Below the pieces are notes generated by a model. The model did not search any database. It worked only from the letters and a program-made list of their open reading frames with translations, and was not told where the DNA came from. Below, in pieces: positions 54,520-54,835 of a stretch of 54,835 nucleotides of DNA; the stretch's first letter is position 1; every line of letters starts with the position of its first letter. The DNA comes from Clostridium sp. CAG:568 (GTDB taxonomy: Bacteria; Bacillota_I; Bacilli_A; RFN20; CAG-288), in NCBI GenBank assembly GCA_000434395.1, contig FR878802.1:1-54835 (forward strand). The letters run 5' to 3'. Made by a program: the position numbers and the translations under genes.

Positions 54520-54835
54520 AATCCATGGATAGACGGAAACGAACCGATGATCACGGTGTACTCCGATAGGATTGAGATACTTTCAAGAGGCGGACTTGCA
54601 CCTCTTCAGACTAAGGCCGGTTTCTTTCGTGGACATTCCGTTCCCGTAAATGAGAAACTATCTGAAATTTTCTTGCAACTGCATATCAGTGAAAAAACGG
54701 GAAGAGGAATTCCTGTTATTTCGTCTGAATACGGAGAAGGGGCGTTTGATTTCTCCGACAACGACATCACCGTCACCATTCCATTCAACTTCATCAACGA
54801 GGTGGGTGATAAAGTGGGTGATAAAGTGGGTGATA
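54520..54835 (+). pseudogene. 5'-truncated fragment of an AlbA_2/HATPase_c_4-type putative DNA-binding ATPase gene; runs off the window
   Basis: The frame opens after a TAA at 54517. It reads RIEILSRGGLAP...HSVPVNEKLSEIFLQLHISEKTGRGIPVI, then VGDK repeats. There is no N-terminal domain or start codon. Confidence 0.5.
54802..54835 (+). repeat. tandem 12-nt coding repeat GTGGGTGATAAA (VGDK) x2.8, cut by the window end
   Basis: Direct reading of the last 34 nt. Confidence 0.8.

Noticed and set aside
1-54835. CRISPR arrays, rRNA genes, IS elements or integrases
   Set aside because: There are no regularly spaced 25-40-nt repeats, no rRNA-like sequence, and no transposase or recombinase motifs in any listed ORF.

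Overview
All calls below come from reading the sequence and the ORF track by eye; no searches were run. This looks like a very AT-rich Firmicutes or Mollicutes-related chromosome segment that uses the standard genetic code. TGA terminates rlmD and addB, and the tRNA-Trp has a CCA anticodon.

nt 1-46,400 is mostly backbone:
- Two paralogous loci, each with a lipoprotein and a domain-permuted, doubly membrane-anchored GH3 glycosidase. Each locus has a cre-like operator and a neighbouring AgrC/LytTR-type two-component system.
- Housekeeping genes: pgcA, a Cof-type HAD phosphatase, rluD-like, addAB, rpsO, a Nudix hydrolase, a nitroreductase, an HI0933-type flavoprotein, rlmD, mgtC and yqeY.
- A heterodimeric ABC exporter with a terminator-like leader, and an mreB-like gene co-transcribed with a LytTR system.
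- Two tRNA-Ser genes, one tRNA-Trp gene and a decayed radical-SAM gene.
- A stand-alone PLD-nuclease/SF2-helicase/DUF3427-like fusion.

From about 46.3 kb to the window end the DNA becomes visibly GC-richer and looks accessory. The 3' end of rlmD plus about 250 nt of downstream sequence recurs at 52.36-52.75 kb. The two copies bracket a 5.7-kb cargo region with no recombinase. The cargo holds a translationally coupled three-gene cassette (SymE/AbrB-fold protein, transglutaminase-like Cys-protease fusion, orphan protein). It also holds a divergent pair of secreted proteins. I rate the three-gene cassette as the best candidate for an undescribed conflict or defence-type system. Beyond the second repeat lies a GC-rich two-gene kptA (Tpt1) cassette sitting between fragments of AlbA_2/Schlafen-type genes.
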